DNA of 32,000 nt, from the NCBI GenBank assembly GCA_042852035.1, contig BAAFHK010000003.1:180001-212000 (forward strand), written 5' to 3'. Below the pieces are notes generated by a model. It was given only the letters and a program-made list of their open reading frames with translations. It searched no databases and was not told where the DNA came from. Source of the DNA: Candidatus Saccharimonadota bacterium (GTDB lineage Bacteria > Patescibacteriota > Gracilibacteria > BD1-5 > UBA2023). A program made the translations under genes and the position numbers. Below are positions 1 to 11,603 of this stretch, piece after piece. Every line of letters begins with the position of its first letter. The stretch's first letter is position 1.

Positions 1-47
1 CTATTTTTCTGGTTTGTTTTGTATTTTTTTCAGTGAATTTTTAAATC

Positions 48-1250
48 ATGTATGCTCTTATTATCGCCATACATGCGATTTTCATAACGGTTTCACACTT
101 TCTTTGATATAAGATATTTGAGGGAATCTTTTTTTTACTTTGTGTATTCTTCCTTTTTTACTTTTCCCCCCTTTTTTTTCTCGATGATGATGAAAATAAG
201 AATTGAAAAAAGTGAAGAAAATCACCTATGGATATTTTAAAACAACTTTCACCAAAAAATTCACTCATTCTTCCAGTTATTTTACTTTATATCGCTATTT
301 ATGGTTTTCTTTTCTCTCTTTTTCCTCAGGAGGGAAATATTCTTATTTATCATAGTATAATAGTATCTGCGATATATATTATATTTATCTCCTATGCGAT
401 AGCTTTTTATTGGAAAAATGATATATTTTTTGAACTTTTGCGGTTTCATACACTTTTCACAATTATTAGTTCAATTATTTTTACTCTTTCACTTCTTCTC
501 CAATCACAAATACCATCTATCCTCCATCCAATTACTGCATTAATGTGAATTATTTCATGAACCTTTTTACTTTCCTATACTCGACAAGAAAATAATATTT
601 TTCTTTGGAGTTACCTTACTGGTATATTTGCAACGGTAATTCTTACCGCACTTTGGCTTATTCCAGGTATTCGTATTATTGAGATTTGTGCACTTCTTAT
701 TGCTCTTGCTCTCGTTGTATTTGAATATTTACCAAATCGTCCCATTTTTTATCCTTACTCAGATATATTTCGTTATTTTTCACTTGTAAGTGTTTTGGTT
801 CTTCTTCTTCCCGTTGTATATATTGCTTTCGATACGGTAGATTCTATTGCCATTATTCTTCTCTCAATAACAGTAATATTTTTTCTTTCCATTCATCGAA
901 GGTTTACGAATTATATCGTATACATAGTTGCAATTTTAGAAGTATTTTTAGTTTATTCACTTTTATTCTCGGGACTTTTAGTTCACCCTGATATCACTTC
1001 AGTATTTCTATTTCTGTTTTTTCTTCCACTTCTTTTAGTTATTTCGACCTATGTTTGGGAAGAATCACATATCTATGATTTTATTATTCTCCATTACTCC
1101 TCGATAGCATTTAGTATTCTTTATTCGCTATATACGATATTTTTTATGGGATGGGGATCGGATCTTCTCTTTGTTATTTCTCTTTGTGTATTTTGAATAG
1201 CATTACTCTTTTTTCTTTCTTACTTCCGTTTCTGACGCAATAAACACTAA
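48..1250 (+). CDS. polytopic integral membrane protein, function unknown
   Basis: Frame open from ATG 48 (preceded by TAA 42-44) to TAA 1248-1250 when TGA=Gly (in-frame TGA at 105, 204, 213, 546, 558, 1194, 1233). It joins track ORFs 228..548 and 795..1196, which share the frame. The translation is almost entirely hydrophobic helices. Alternative start is ATG 228. Confidence 0.6.
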
Positions 1251-1260
1251 CCCTTTATTT

Positions 1261-2655
1261 ATGATTTCTATTATTACTCAACTTACAAAAACTGATGCTT
1301 ATAATATTCTCATTGAAATAATCGACAATGAGTCAGTGAATTACTACAGAAACCTTTGATTTTCAAATGATATACTTCAATTTACTCAGGATCACCAAAA
1401 CGATAAAAAAAACAAAGGAAAGACTCTTACATTTCATGGGAATTTTTTTGGCGCGAAGATGCTTACGATTTTTTTTCCAAAAAAACTGAGTTTAAATGAT
1501 GATCGTGCAGATGCTATTCGAAATGCTCATAAAAATACACTTTTTTTACCCACAGAGAGCTTTGAAATGGCATATGAGATACTTACCCTTACAACATACT
1601 CATATGAGCGCTATCTCTCTAAAAAGGATGAAAAATCCTATAGTATTCTTGTTTCAGCAAATGCTAAAAAGCAAATACAAGAAAAGATACCTCTTTTAAA
1701 CGCTATAATCCGAGCTCGAGACATTATTAATCAACCCCCAACCGATACAAGACCAGAGGCTTTTGTTGAATATATATCATCCTATAAATGGAAAAACTTT
1801 ACTCTAAAAATCCTTGATGCAAAGGAATTAAAAAAAATTGGTTGTAATCTGCTTCTTGCTGTCGGTGCTTGAAGTGATTACCCACCATATATGGTTGTTC
1901 TTGAGCGTATTATTGATAAGAAAAAAGATACATATGCCCTTATAGGAAAGGGGGTTACTTTTGATGCTTGATGACTCCAAATAAAACCCGATACAGCCAT
2001 GTTGGATATGAAATGTGATATGTCATGAGCAGCAGGAATGCTCGGCGTTGCAGAATACCTTGATACGATTGAGACTCTTCCGGTAAATGTGGTTGTAGGA
2101 CTCGGTATCACTGAAAATGTTATCAATGGTAGAGCATTTAAACCACTTGATATTTATAAGGCATATAATGGAACGACCGTAGAAATACATCATACAGATG
2201 CTGAGGGTCGACTCGTTCTTGCTGATGTGATGTCGTATGTCGGAGAAAAATACAACCCCGACCATATGATCACTATGGCTACACTTACTTGAGCCTGTGT
2301 TTATGCACTTGGTCATGATATTGCAGGAATTATGGGTGATGATGAGAAAGTAATCGAGGCCCTTATTCATTCAGATTCTCCTTATGAAAAACTCTGGAGA
2401 CTCCCACTCAATGAAAAATTAAAAAAATCACTCAAAGCTGAAATTGCTGATCTTAAAAATGTAAATCGTACTGAAAAGGCAGGCTCTTCAGTCGGTGGGG
2501 CATTTCTTTCCTATTTCCAAGGAAAATCAAAACTTACACATCTTGATATTGCTGGACCAGCATACCGAGAAACTACTTGGGGATATATGCCAAAGGGTGC
2601 TACAGGTTGGGGAGTAAAAATTCTTTCAGAGTTTCTCTTGGGATTAAAAAAGTAA
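1261..2655 (+). CDS. pepA: leucyl aminopeptidase, M17 family
   Basis: Joins track ORFs 1459..1872, 2038..2292 and 2332..2655 (same frame) through TGA codons. Motifs GKGVTFDAGGLQIKP (the two Gly are TGA TGA at 1969-1974), MKCDMSGAAG, HHTDAEGRLVLAD and ATLTGA match the M17 active-site signatures. ATG 1261, TAA 2653-2655. Confidence 0.9.
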
Positions 2656-2688
2656 GAAACTTTTAATATTTTTCATGAGAATGAAAAA

Positions 2689-3300
2689 GTGAAATTTACT
2701 CACTTTTTAAGGGACATCTTTTTCCTTCAAAAAGAAGAAAAACCCACTGAATTATCTCCAAGAAATCTCACGGCTCACTATCGATATGAAAATTGAGATA
2801 TTTTTTTTGATGAAATATGTGTTGGTGGTAACTATAAGAATCTTTCCCATAAAATTGAGAGGTATAAATATCAGTCAGCTCGACATTTATCGACAGAGCT
2901 TGTCGAAGTTTTGTCGAAGTGTGTCGAAGTATCATGCTTCTTTTCTCAATGGGATGATTGGGAGGTAGTCCCTATTCCTATGCATTGGACCCGATATATT
3001 TTTAGAGGATTTCACCATACTAAAAAAATCGGTATTGAATTTTCTAAGAAATACAATTTCAACTTTTCTTCGCCAATTGGTACAAAGTGGACCAGGAGAC
3101 AATCAAAACTTAGGAGAAAAGAACGAATTCAGAATAAAAAAAATTCGTTTTTCATAAAAGATGGGTATACTGTTTCTTCGCATATAATCCTTATTGATGA
3201 TGTGACTTCCTCTGGATCAACCTTCAATGAGGCAGCGAAAGTATTATCTCTCGGTGGAGCAGAGTGTATTCTTTGTTTTGCCATAGCCTCAAATGCATAA
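2689..3300 (+). CDS. comF: ComF family phosphoribosyltransferase-like competence protein
   Basis: The C-terminal HIILIDDVTSSGSTFNEAAKVLSLGGAECILCFAIA is the PRPP-binding loop typical of ComF/ComFC. The frame is open from the pepA stop, with in-frame TGA at 2794. There is no upstream ATG, so the start is provisionally GVG-type GTG 2689 (MKFTHFLRDIFF...). The start is uncertain. Confidence 0.65.
2880..2930 (+). repeat. phased array of five TCGA-core repeats (2x TCGACA, 3x exact TGTCGAAGT) inside comF
   Basis: tcgacatttaTCGACAgagctTGTCGAAGTttTGTCGAAGTgTGTCGAAGT. The TCGA cores are at 2880, 2890, 2903, 2914 and 2924, giving spacings of 10, 13, 11 and 10 nt. Confidence 0.9.
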
Positions 3301-3302
3301 TT

Positions 3303-6155
3303 ATGTCAGAATTTATCGAAATTATTGGAGCAGAAACCCATAACTTAAAAAATATTGACCTTAAGATTCCAAAAAACAAGCTTGTTGTTATGACAGGAGT
3401 TTCTGGATCTGGAAAATCTTCCCTTGCTTTTGATACCCTCTATGCTGAAGGTCAAAAACGATATCTCGAGTCCTTATCGACCTATGCACGTATGATTGTT
3501 TCAGAGACTTCCAATGAAACAAGGGTTAGAGAAATACGAGGTCTTTCGCCAACCATCGCCATAAACCAAAAAACAGTTTCAAACAATCCAAGATCGACAG
3601 TTGGAACGATAACAGAAATATATGACTATTACAGACTTCTGTATTCAACGGTAGGTCAGGCATATTGTCCTAATCATTCACATATCATCCTAAAAAAGGA
3701 TACCTTGCAAGACATTGTCAAACATGTGTCGAAGTATGGCGAAGGAACAAAGTTTCATATCCTTATTGATCCAGCAAAGGACAGAAGTTTCTCAAATATG
3801 AGTGAGGTGTCGAAGTATGTGAGCGATCTTTGATTTGTACGCTTTCAAGCGAATGAGAACATCTATTCTGTAGCGGATGATGTATCTGAGATAGCTTACA
3901 CTGAAGGGATTAAAATCATTATTGATCGCCTGGTGGTAAAAACTTCAGAAGAAGAAAAGCATCAATTTGAAACAAGATTAAAGGACTCCCTTTTTCTTGC
4001 ATATGCTCGGTGAGAGGGAACGCTCTATCTCTATTTTCTTGACGACAAAAAATATTTTTCATTTCATGAGGATCCTGCTTGTCCTATATGTGGTTTTTCA
4101 CAGAAAGAACTTACCCTTTCGAATTTTTCATTTAACTCCCACCATGGAGCTTGTGAGGTCTGTCATGGAATCTGATCCTTCACTACTTTTCGAGAGCAAG
4201 ATGTTGTTAATCCCAATCTTACTCTCGCAGAGGGGGCACTTCTTCCATGGACCGCACATCCATATTATTCGGCCCTTCTTGAAGTAGTGTGTCGGCATGA
4301 AAAAATCGATATAAATGTTCCATACTCCACTCTAAGTCCTGATGAAAAAAATAAGATTCTCTATGGAGTAACTTGAAGCTTCGAGATTCCTTATATGGGA
4401 AAGTTTGATGAGGGAAAAACTCATAAATCTCGATATGAGGGACTTATACCAAATCTCGAAAGAAGATACCGAGAATCAGATATGGGGAATGATGCATTTT
4501 TTAAACGAATCGCCAACTTTGTCACAGAACAAGTGTGTCGAAGTTGTGGCGGACATCGTCTGAAGAAAGAATATCTTTCCGTATTGGTATGAGGAAAAAA
4601 TATTGGCGAACTAACTGATTTTTCTGTCGAAGATTCAAGATCCTTCTTTAATAATCTCATCTTTACAAAAGAAGAAAAAGAAATCGTTGCCTCTATTATG
4701 AAAAATATTACTGAGCGACTGGAATTTCTTTCATGAGTTTGACTGGATTATGTTACCCTATCTCGAAGAGCAAACACTCTCTCAGGATGAGAAAGTCAGA
4801 GAATTCGTCTTGCTACACAAATTGGTACAAGACTTGAGTGAATTATCTATGTTTTGGATGAGCCCTCTATCGGTCTCCATCCCCGAGATAATGAAATGCT
4901 CATACAAAATCTCAAAAGATTGGCAACGATTGGCAATAGTGTCATAGTCGTCGAACATGATGAAGACATTATGAGGGAAAGTGACTATATTATCGATATT
5001 GGACCACGAGCAGGTGTCCACGGTGGCGAAGTTATTTTCTCCGGAACATATGATGCAATTATTTCCTCACCTGAATCCGATACTTGAAGGTATCTATCAG
5101 GGAAGAATCGAGTTAATCGTCGACATTTTGTCGACACAAAATCGACAGAATATATCGCCATCATGTGAGCCGAGGAAAACAATCTTAAGAATATAAATGT
5201 TCGTATTCCTCTCGGATGTCTTACTGTTGTTACAGGAGTTTCCGGATCTGGGAAATCTTCCCTTATAATCGATATCCTTTCCGTTGCTCTGCAAAATCAC
5301 TTTAATGGTTCTACACATCCTGTTTGAAAACATCGTTCAATAGAGTGACTTGAAGCTATAGATAAGGCCATAATTATTGACCAATCTCCTATTGGGAAGA
5401 CTCCACACTCAAATATCGCCACTTATACGGGAGTTTTTACCTACATTCGTGAAGTGTTTGCTGCAAGCCATGAAGCCCAAAAGCGCTGATATGGTCCAGG
5501 AAGATTTTCTTTTAACACTAAAGGGGGTCGTTGTGAAATTTGTGAATGAAGTGGAGTAAAGAAGATAGAAATGCACTTTCTGCCTGATGTATATGTTGAA
5601 TGTGAATCCTGTAATGGAAGTAGATACAATCCAGAAACTCTCGATGTAAAATTTAAGGGAAAGAGTATTGCTGATGTTCTTGATATGACCATTGATGATG
5701 CTTGCGAATTCTTTAGTGCATTTCCGAGAATTAAGCGAGTTCTTGACGTTCTTCAGGATGTTTGACTTGGTTATATTACTCTTGGTCAGTCAGCACCGAC
5801 ACTTTCTTGAGGAGAAGCTCAAAGAATTAAGCTTGCTTTTGACCTAGCAAAACGATCAACGTGAAAAACACTATATATTCTCGATGAGCCAACAACAGGA
5901 CTTCACTTTTCAGATGTACAAAAACTTCTAGATATTCTCGATGCACTCGTAGAAAAGGGGAATAGTGTGATCGTTATAGAGCATAATCTTGATATTATCG
6001 CTAATGCTGATGCAATAATCGATATTGGATCTGAATGAGGTGATAAGTGAGGAAATCTTGTTTTTGCTTGACCACGTCAAAAACTTCTAGATGTCCAAGA
6101 GAGTTATACAGCAAGAGCACTGAGTAAATATCTTCATCAAAAGGGGGCTCTATAA
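3303..6155 (+). CDS. uvrA: excinuclease ABC subunit A
   Basis: A 950-codon frame from ATG 3303 to TAA 6153-6155 with 21 in-frame TGA by my count. Motifs: [23 protein letters not shown]-like N-terminus, two ABC signatures LSGGE (Gly = TGA at 4788 and 5808), second P-loop [25 protein letters not shown], and zinc-finger CxxC pairs. Track ORFs 3264..3833, 4395..4592, 4854..5087 and 5571..5765 are fragments of it. Confidence 0.95.
5120..5147 (+). repeat. three TCGACA repeats at 11-nt spacing inside uvrA
   Basis: gTCGACAttttgTCGACAcaaaaTCGACAgaa, with copies at 5120, 5131 and 5142. Confidence 0.85.
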
Positions 6156-6280
6156 TATCTTCCAAGGAGATTCCTCTTTCCCTCTTGTTTTCGAATTTTA
6201 TCGCGCATCACTCTTTTCCAGGATAATCCAATAGATTCCGAGCCTATGTTGAAGAGTGATTTTTTTTCATAGAAATTTTT

Positions 6281-6886
6281 CTAGAGGATCCATTCTATCT
6301 TGAAGTTGATAGAGTGTATCTGGGGTGCTAAAAAAATAATTTTTCAACCTGTTTCTAAAAAGGAAAAGCACCGATGAAGAAATCCATAGAGATCTTTTTT
6401 CCGAAGATATCAAGGGGAACAAAGAATGTATCGAAAAACAGTATCAAATTGGTAATCTAAAATATTTTGATCTGAAAAATTCCTTCTATTTTCCGGAAAA
6501 TATTGGTGTGCTTGCTCGATAGATTTTGAGAGAAAATCCACTCCATGAGGTGTAAGTTTAAAGGGTGATCTATCTTGGATAACCTTAAGAAGAAGGCCAT
6601 TTCCACATCAGAAGTCTATAATATGCCCATCAGCATTTATATTTTCCATTACAATATGCGCCTTCGTAAATAGATGTTCTTTATTTTCTCATATGATGCC
6701 ATTTGGTCGAAAAATATCGTTTCCTGTATATCATTCCCAATAGGTCTTCTCATACCATGCATGTTTCTTTTTATAGTACCTTCTGGCAAGGAGGTGATCA
6801 AGGAAGTCTCTACGAAAATATTCTTCCTGCTGTTTTTTCCAATATTGGTGTATGGCTCCTTTAAGATTTTCTATAAAGTGGTTCAT
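6281..6886 (-). CDS. class I SAM-dependent methyltransferase
   Basis: Hand translation of the minus strand from ATG (6884-6886) to TAG (6281-6283), 201 aa. SAM-binding motif I is IIDFGCGNGLLL (one Gly = TGA at 6608-6610). It starts 9 nt downstream of the DUF4256 stop. Confidence 0.7.
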
Positions 6887-6894
6887 AGTGAGAA

Positions 6895-7449
6895 TTATAT
6901 TTTTATAAAGCCACGAAACCCTCGAGCAGCGTAGTATGAGTCCGCCCCATTATGATAGGTAAAAACTCTATCATATCTTCTATCGCCATAGAGTGCGCCT
7001 CATTTGGAACGGATTTCTTTAGGAGTGTCGATCCATGTCGAAGTTTTAGTGTCGAAATTGTCGATAGATTGAAGCTTCCTATACTGTTCTTCATTTAAGA
7101 GGTTGATGCCTATTTCTTTCGCCATTTGTTCGACAGAACTTTTTGGTTTATTCTCTTTCCTTGCTATGAGAGCAGCCTCATCATAACAGAGACTTCTCCT
7201 CCCTACTGGACTCTCTGTCGAACAATCGACAAAGTATATATCTTCGCCATCAGTTAGCTCCACTACATCTGGTTCTCCCCCGCTTTCTTCCATTCGTTCG
7301 ATGATGGCAAGAGTGTCAGGGTTGGCGAGAAGTCCCTTTTCCACTTCTTCCCAAGTGATATTTGGATGACGGTGTGGGTGCGCGAGAAAGCGTGATTTGA
7401 AATTATCCATAAAATTAAGATTAAATTCTCCAACTATATGCACATTCAA
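6895..7449 (-). CDS. DUF4256 domain-containing protein
   Basis: Track ORF 7000..7449 continues through TGA (7000-7002) to TAA at 6895-6897. The joined C-terminus KGGALYGDRRYDRVFTYHNGADSYYAARGFRG, plus GGEPDVV and FDTKTSTW, match my recollection of the DUF4256 family. Length about 184 aa. The start is TTG 7449 or an internal ATG (MDNFKSRF). Confidence 0.7.
7026..7065 (+). repeat. four TGTCGA(N) repeats inside the minus-strand DUF4256 gene
   Basis: TGTCGAtccaTGTCGAAGTtttagTGTCGAAATTGTCGAtag, with copies at 7026, 7036 (exact 9-mer), 7050 and 7059. Confidence 0.85.
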
Positions 7450-7465
7450 TATATTTATTTATTCC

Positions 7466-7921
7466 TATTTTCATTTCTTCTTCTATTAAGAATACTCATC
7501 ACATTTTCTCATAAAAATGTTTTGATGGATTTTCTTTTAATACCCATACCAATATTTTTTTACATTGTAATATTTTTAAGTACTCCATCGCTTCTTTAAA
7601 AAGACGATTTCAAATATTCATTCTTTGATATTGTTCCAAAATATATAACGATGAAATAAGTCAATCATGTCAGTGAATTTCTTTTTTTAACTTTTCCAAA
7701 GCAATGAAGCCAATTATAGTATTATTTTTTTCTGCGACATAGACCACTATATCTTTATCTTGAAGAATATTTTCCCATTTAACTATCTTGTCTTCTAATG
7801 AGAGATCATCGAGATATTGGGCATCAATTATTCATTTATAAGTTGTTTTCCAACTTTCAATGTGAACTTTTGCTATATTCTCAGCATCGTTAGGATTTCA
7901 TTTTCGAATTCCGGTATCCAT
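7466..7921 (-). CDS. GNAT family N-acetyltransferase
   Basis: Hand translation from ATG 7919-7921 to TAG 7466-7468, 151 aa, with 6 in-frame TGA. IRKGNPNDAENIAKVHIESWKTTYKGIID ... IIGFIAL ... YQRMNIGNRLFKEAMEY ... LVWVLKENPSKHFYEKMG fits the GNAT acetyl-CoA binding core (Q/RxxGxG/A). Confidence 0.7.
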
Positions 7922-7930
7922 TTTGATAAA

Positions 7931-8851
7931 TTAATGCCCTATCCTTAACATATCCTCATGCACACTATTGGCCGCAAGACACCCTTCAGCAGCACTCATG
8001 ATGGTCTGACGGAATTTATTACTATTGGTCGTCACGTCTCACGCGGCATAGAGGCCCTTCACGGTTGTCTCTTGTCTCTTGTCGACGATGAGGCATCCGT
8101 CAGCATCCTTTTCAGGATTCATGCTGTCAACAATCTTTGTAAATGGTGTCGAACCAATGGCGACGAATACTCCATCGACGGGGAGTGTTTCGCCACTATT
8201 CAGTTTTAAGCCCGTAACTCCCATCATGCCACCTTCGACACTTTCGACTTGAGTATTCATATGGAAGGTGATATTTTCACGAGATTTTGCCTTTTCTACC
8301 CAGATATCTTCCGCTCTGATTCGGTCTGATCTGACGAGGATGTGGACGTGTTTACAGATTTCTGAGAGATAGAGTGCTTCGGTGATAGCAGTATTGCCAG
8401 CACCGACAACTGCGACAGTGAGATTTTTATAAAAGTTCCCATCACAGGTTGCACAATAAGATACTCCTTGTCCGTAGAATTCCATTTCGCCAGGTGCGCC
8501 AAGTTTTCGGTATTCATTTCCAGTGGCGAGGATAACCCTTTTTGCCTCGTATGAGTCTCATTTTTGAGTCTTTATTTCGAACTTATCTTCGCCAATCTTT
8601 GACACACTTTCGACACGATCTTGGATGATAACTGAACCCGCAGTTTCAGCATGTCGACGAAAGTTTTCCATGATTTCGCCACCAGGAGCAGAAAGGGTTC
8701 CAGGATAGTTTTCTACACAGTGAGAGGTTGCGAGAGCACCACCGGGCATTTCGCCAATGATAGCATTTTGGATTTTGTACCGAGAAGCGTACATGCCGGC
8801 AGGAAGTCATGCAGATCCGGCGCCAATTATTATAAGATCGTAGTGGTTCAT
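7931..8851 (-). CDS. trxB: thioredoxin-disulfide reductase
   Basis: Joins track ORFs 8558..8794 and 8039..8485 (same frame). The N-terminus is MNHYDLIIIGAGSAGLPAG (Gly = TGA at 8807-8809). Also present: redox-active CATCDG, the NAD(P)H site VAVVGAGNTAITEALYL, and the C-terminal GLYAAGDVT (TGA at 8039-8041). TAA at 7931-7933. Confidence 0.9.
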
Positions 8852-8854
8852 ACA

Positions 8855-8885
8855 GAAAAAATTAATAATGAGAATAATTCTCATT
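8855..8885 (-). terminator. putative intrinsic terminator after the PH-domain gene
   Basis: Hairpin AATGAGAA-taa-TTCTCATT (8867-8885) is followed on the minus strand by a T-rich run (A-run 8856-8861 on the + strand). Confidence 0.4.
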
Positions 8886-8924
8886 ATATAGAGGAGTGTC
8901 TAAATTGCAAATGCTTCTCTTCGA

Positions 8925-9470
8925 TTAAGAATTATTTTGAGGTGTTGTGACATGTGCATTTCGATAGGCCTGGATAACATTATTAATTCTGCGAGCATTT
9001 TCTATTGGATCAGGAGCATAATTTACGATCATGTTTGATGTCTCACTTGCTGTATGTATATGAACATCCCCATAACCAAAGATGGTCTGAAGGATTCATG
9101 CTGTATGGGCATTTACTTCTTGGACACGGTCAAGGCTACATTCGGTTACTCGTCGAGAGAGTGCAGAAATCTGCTCGATGCCGATTACTCGAGAATCGGT
9201 GATAATAAAAAGATCCAGCTCATCATTAATCCAATCAAGAAGAATGAATGTAAGGAATGCAATCCAATACACCGTAATACCCGCCCAATATATGGCCTCA
9301 TAACGAATGATATCGATAATAGCGAACTTATAGGTGAGAAGTATCCAAGTTGTAAGGACAAACGTCAAAAAATAGAGAAAGTGATAGACGAGTATTATCC
9401 AGTGTCTATGGAGGGTCATTACGACTTGCTCATTGTCTTTGAGGAGGGAAATATGTTCTTTTTTGACCAT
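8925..9470 (-). CDS. bacterial PH domain (bPH_2, YdbS/YdbT-like) membrane protein
   Basis: Track ORF 9096..9470 extends through TGA (9096-9098) to TAA 8925-8927. Two N-terminal TM helices are followed by ELDLFIITDSRVIGIEQISALSRRVTECSLDRVQEV...GILQTIFGYGDVHIHTA, typical of membrane-flanked PH domains. Alternative start is ATG 9417-9419, which overlaps the tsaB stop as TAATG. Confidence 0.6.
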
Positions 9471-10000
9471 GTTATGTGTGGTTCTTTGAGATAAATCGGG
9501 GAAAGTTGATCCACGTTTGAGATTCTCTCGAAAATCTTTGAGATGTATGGTATTTCTTCGGTATATTCTATAAACTTTTTTGCATCTGTAAAATCATTTT
9601 CATTTCCATATCAGCAGTATGATTCTTTGTTCTTAAGTTGTGATTTCTCTATGAGGAATGGGCCATCTTCTCCAAGAATGATGTATTCTCGTTCATTGGC
9701 GATAAGTATCGGGTTTGGATGATTTATAATCTCAAAAAAATGAACCCCCTTCAATGGGATTTTTTTTACGAGAGAAATAGTATTGAGTGTCAGAGTTACT
9801 ATTCGCATTCTCGTGAAAGATCAAGGTCAAACAATACACCAAATTGTGTCGATATTATGTCGATTTATAATAGTAGTTACCTCCTCAGGAAACATATTGT
9901 AGTCATTTCATTTTGGTATTGTCGAAGTATGTCGAACTTCGCCATTTTCAATAACAAAAAGTCGTATTTCTTGACCGATGGGATTGACAAATAGTATCAT
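9419..10000 (-). CDS. tsaB: tRNA threonylcarbamoyladenosine biosynthesis protein TsaB (YeaZ-like)
   Basis: Joins track ORFs 9908..10141 and 9611..9808 (same frame) through TGA codons. IDTIWCIVGPGSFTRMRIVTLTLNTISLVKKIPLKGV matches the GPGSFTGLRIG core of TsaB. The start is taken at ATG 9998-10000 (MILFVNPIG). TAA at 9419-9421. Confidence 0.7.
9847..9938 (+). repeat. two pairs of TGTCGA(N) repeats inside the minus-strand tsaB gene
   Basis: TGTCGATattaTGTCGAT at 9847 and 9858 (11-nt spacing). TGTCGAAGTaTGTCGAACT at 9920 (exact 9-mer) and 9930 (10-nt spacing). Confidence 0.85.
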
Positions 10001-10088
10001 AGGCTGAGTATAACTAAAAATACAAAAAAGGCGAGAATTTCTTATCTCGATCTCCGAGCAATATGTTTTATGGGTTATCAATATCTCT

Positions 10089-11603
10089 CTATGACGATCC
10101 TCGGTATGAGAGCGCTTCGAGGATGTGTCTTGATTCAACAAATTCCTCTCAATCTATATCAGCAATCGTTCGTGCTACCCGAAGGATGCGATAAAATACG
10201 CGAGTTGAAAGATGGAGTCGTTCGGTTGATGTTATGGCTATTTTTCGGGCCTCTTCTTTGATCTTCCCAAAATAATCAATATCTTTATTATTCATTTCTG
10301 CATTTTGATGGAGGTTGGTTCCATGAAATCGCTTTTTTTGAATTAATCGGGCTCATTCTACAATCTTTCGAATTTCAGCACTTGTTTTTCCTTTATTTTT
10401 GTTTTCTAATTCACCCGCTTTAATCCGGGGAACCTGAATAAAGATATCAATACGATCAAGAATAGGACCCGAAAGTCGTGATCGATATCTTTCTATAGAA
10501 CTTGCTGTACAAAGGCATTCTTTTTGAGAGTCTCCCATATATCCGCAAGGACAGGGATTCATTGCTCATATGAGTGCAAATCTTGCAGGATATCGACAGC
10601 TCATATTTACCCGATTAATGCTGATTTCTCCATCTTCAAGCGGCTGTCTCAATGTCTCGAGTATTCTTTTATCGAATTCAAGAAACTCATCGAGAAAAAG
10701 AACCCCCTTATGTGCGAGTGATATTTCTCCCGGCCGAGAATCTCTTCATCATCAGACTATGGATGCTTCACTTGCTGTATGATGGATAGTTCGAAAGGGT
10801 CTATCTAAAACAAGTGGCATTTCTTTTGTGAGGAGTCAGGCCACGGAGTATATTTTTGAAAGTTCAATTTGCTCCTCGACTTCCATATCTGGGAGAATGC
10901 TTGCGAGAGCCTTTGCAAGGAGGGTTTTTCCTGATCAGGGTGGTCACTGCATGAGGATATTATGTCATCAAGTTGCAGCTATGAGTAGGGCCCTCTTTGC
11001 CTGTTCTTGACCGTGAATGAATGAAAAATCTATCCCAAGATATCCTTTTGGAATTTTTTTTATATCGAACTTCGGGGCTGCTTCTATGATTTTTTGTCCA
11101 GTCAATAGATCAACCACATCGCTCAGTTGATCAACACCAATAATATCAATACCAGGAATAATTGTTGCTTCGGGGATATTTGCTTTTGGTAAGAAAATCC
11201 GTTTATATCACAACTCTCTTGCGAGGATTGTTGCTGGAAGGGCTCACTGAACTCATCGTACCCCTCCATCGAGAGCAAGCTCCCCGAGAAAGAGGGAGTG
11301 GGAAAGGATCTCTTCTTGAAACTCGATTTCTTTGCCAAGAATTCCAAGAGCTATAGGTAAGTCATAAATGGGTCACTTTTTCTTGAGATCAGCAGGAGCC
11401 AGATTCACCGTGATTCGGGCTCATCCAGGGAATTTATATCACGAGTTTTTCATGGCACTTCTTACGCGCTCTCGGCTTTCTTGTATTGCAATGTCCCCGA
11501 GTCATACTATCGTGAATTGTCACATTCCAGTAACAACATCAACTTCAACTTCTACGAGATTTCCAATAATCCCATGCATCGAGGCTGAAAAAAGTTTTTG
11601 CAT
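10089..11603 (-). CDS. comM: YifB/ComM family Mg-chelatase-like ATPase
   Basis: A 504-codon minus-strand frame from ATG 11601-11603 to TAG 10089-10091. The N-terminus [37 protein letters not shown] and [11 protein letters not shown] match ComM. Also present: a P-loop (GPPGSGKT with TGA glycines), the track ORF 10353..10562 segment [10 protein letters not shown], and the C-terminal [30 protein letters not shown]. Confidence 0.9.

Noticed and set aside
3264-6155. uvrA appears broken into more than 15 short ORFs in the track, suggesting a pseudogene. The same impression arises for pepA, comM, recF, secF and trxB.
   Set aside because: All breaks are TGA. They lie in one continuous frame and coincide with conserved Gly positions. 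The genes are intact under table 25.
6207-6268. Inverted repeat ATCACTCTT ... AAGAGTGAT followed by T8, considered as a possible uvrA terminator.
   Set aside because: The loop would be 36 nt, far larger than typical intrinsic terminators. It is kept only as a weak possibility and not listed as a feature.
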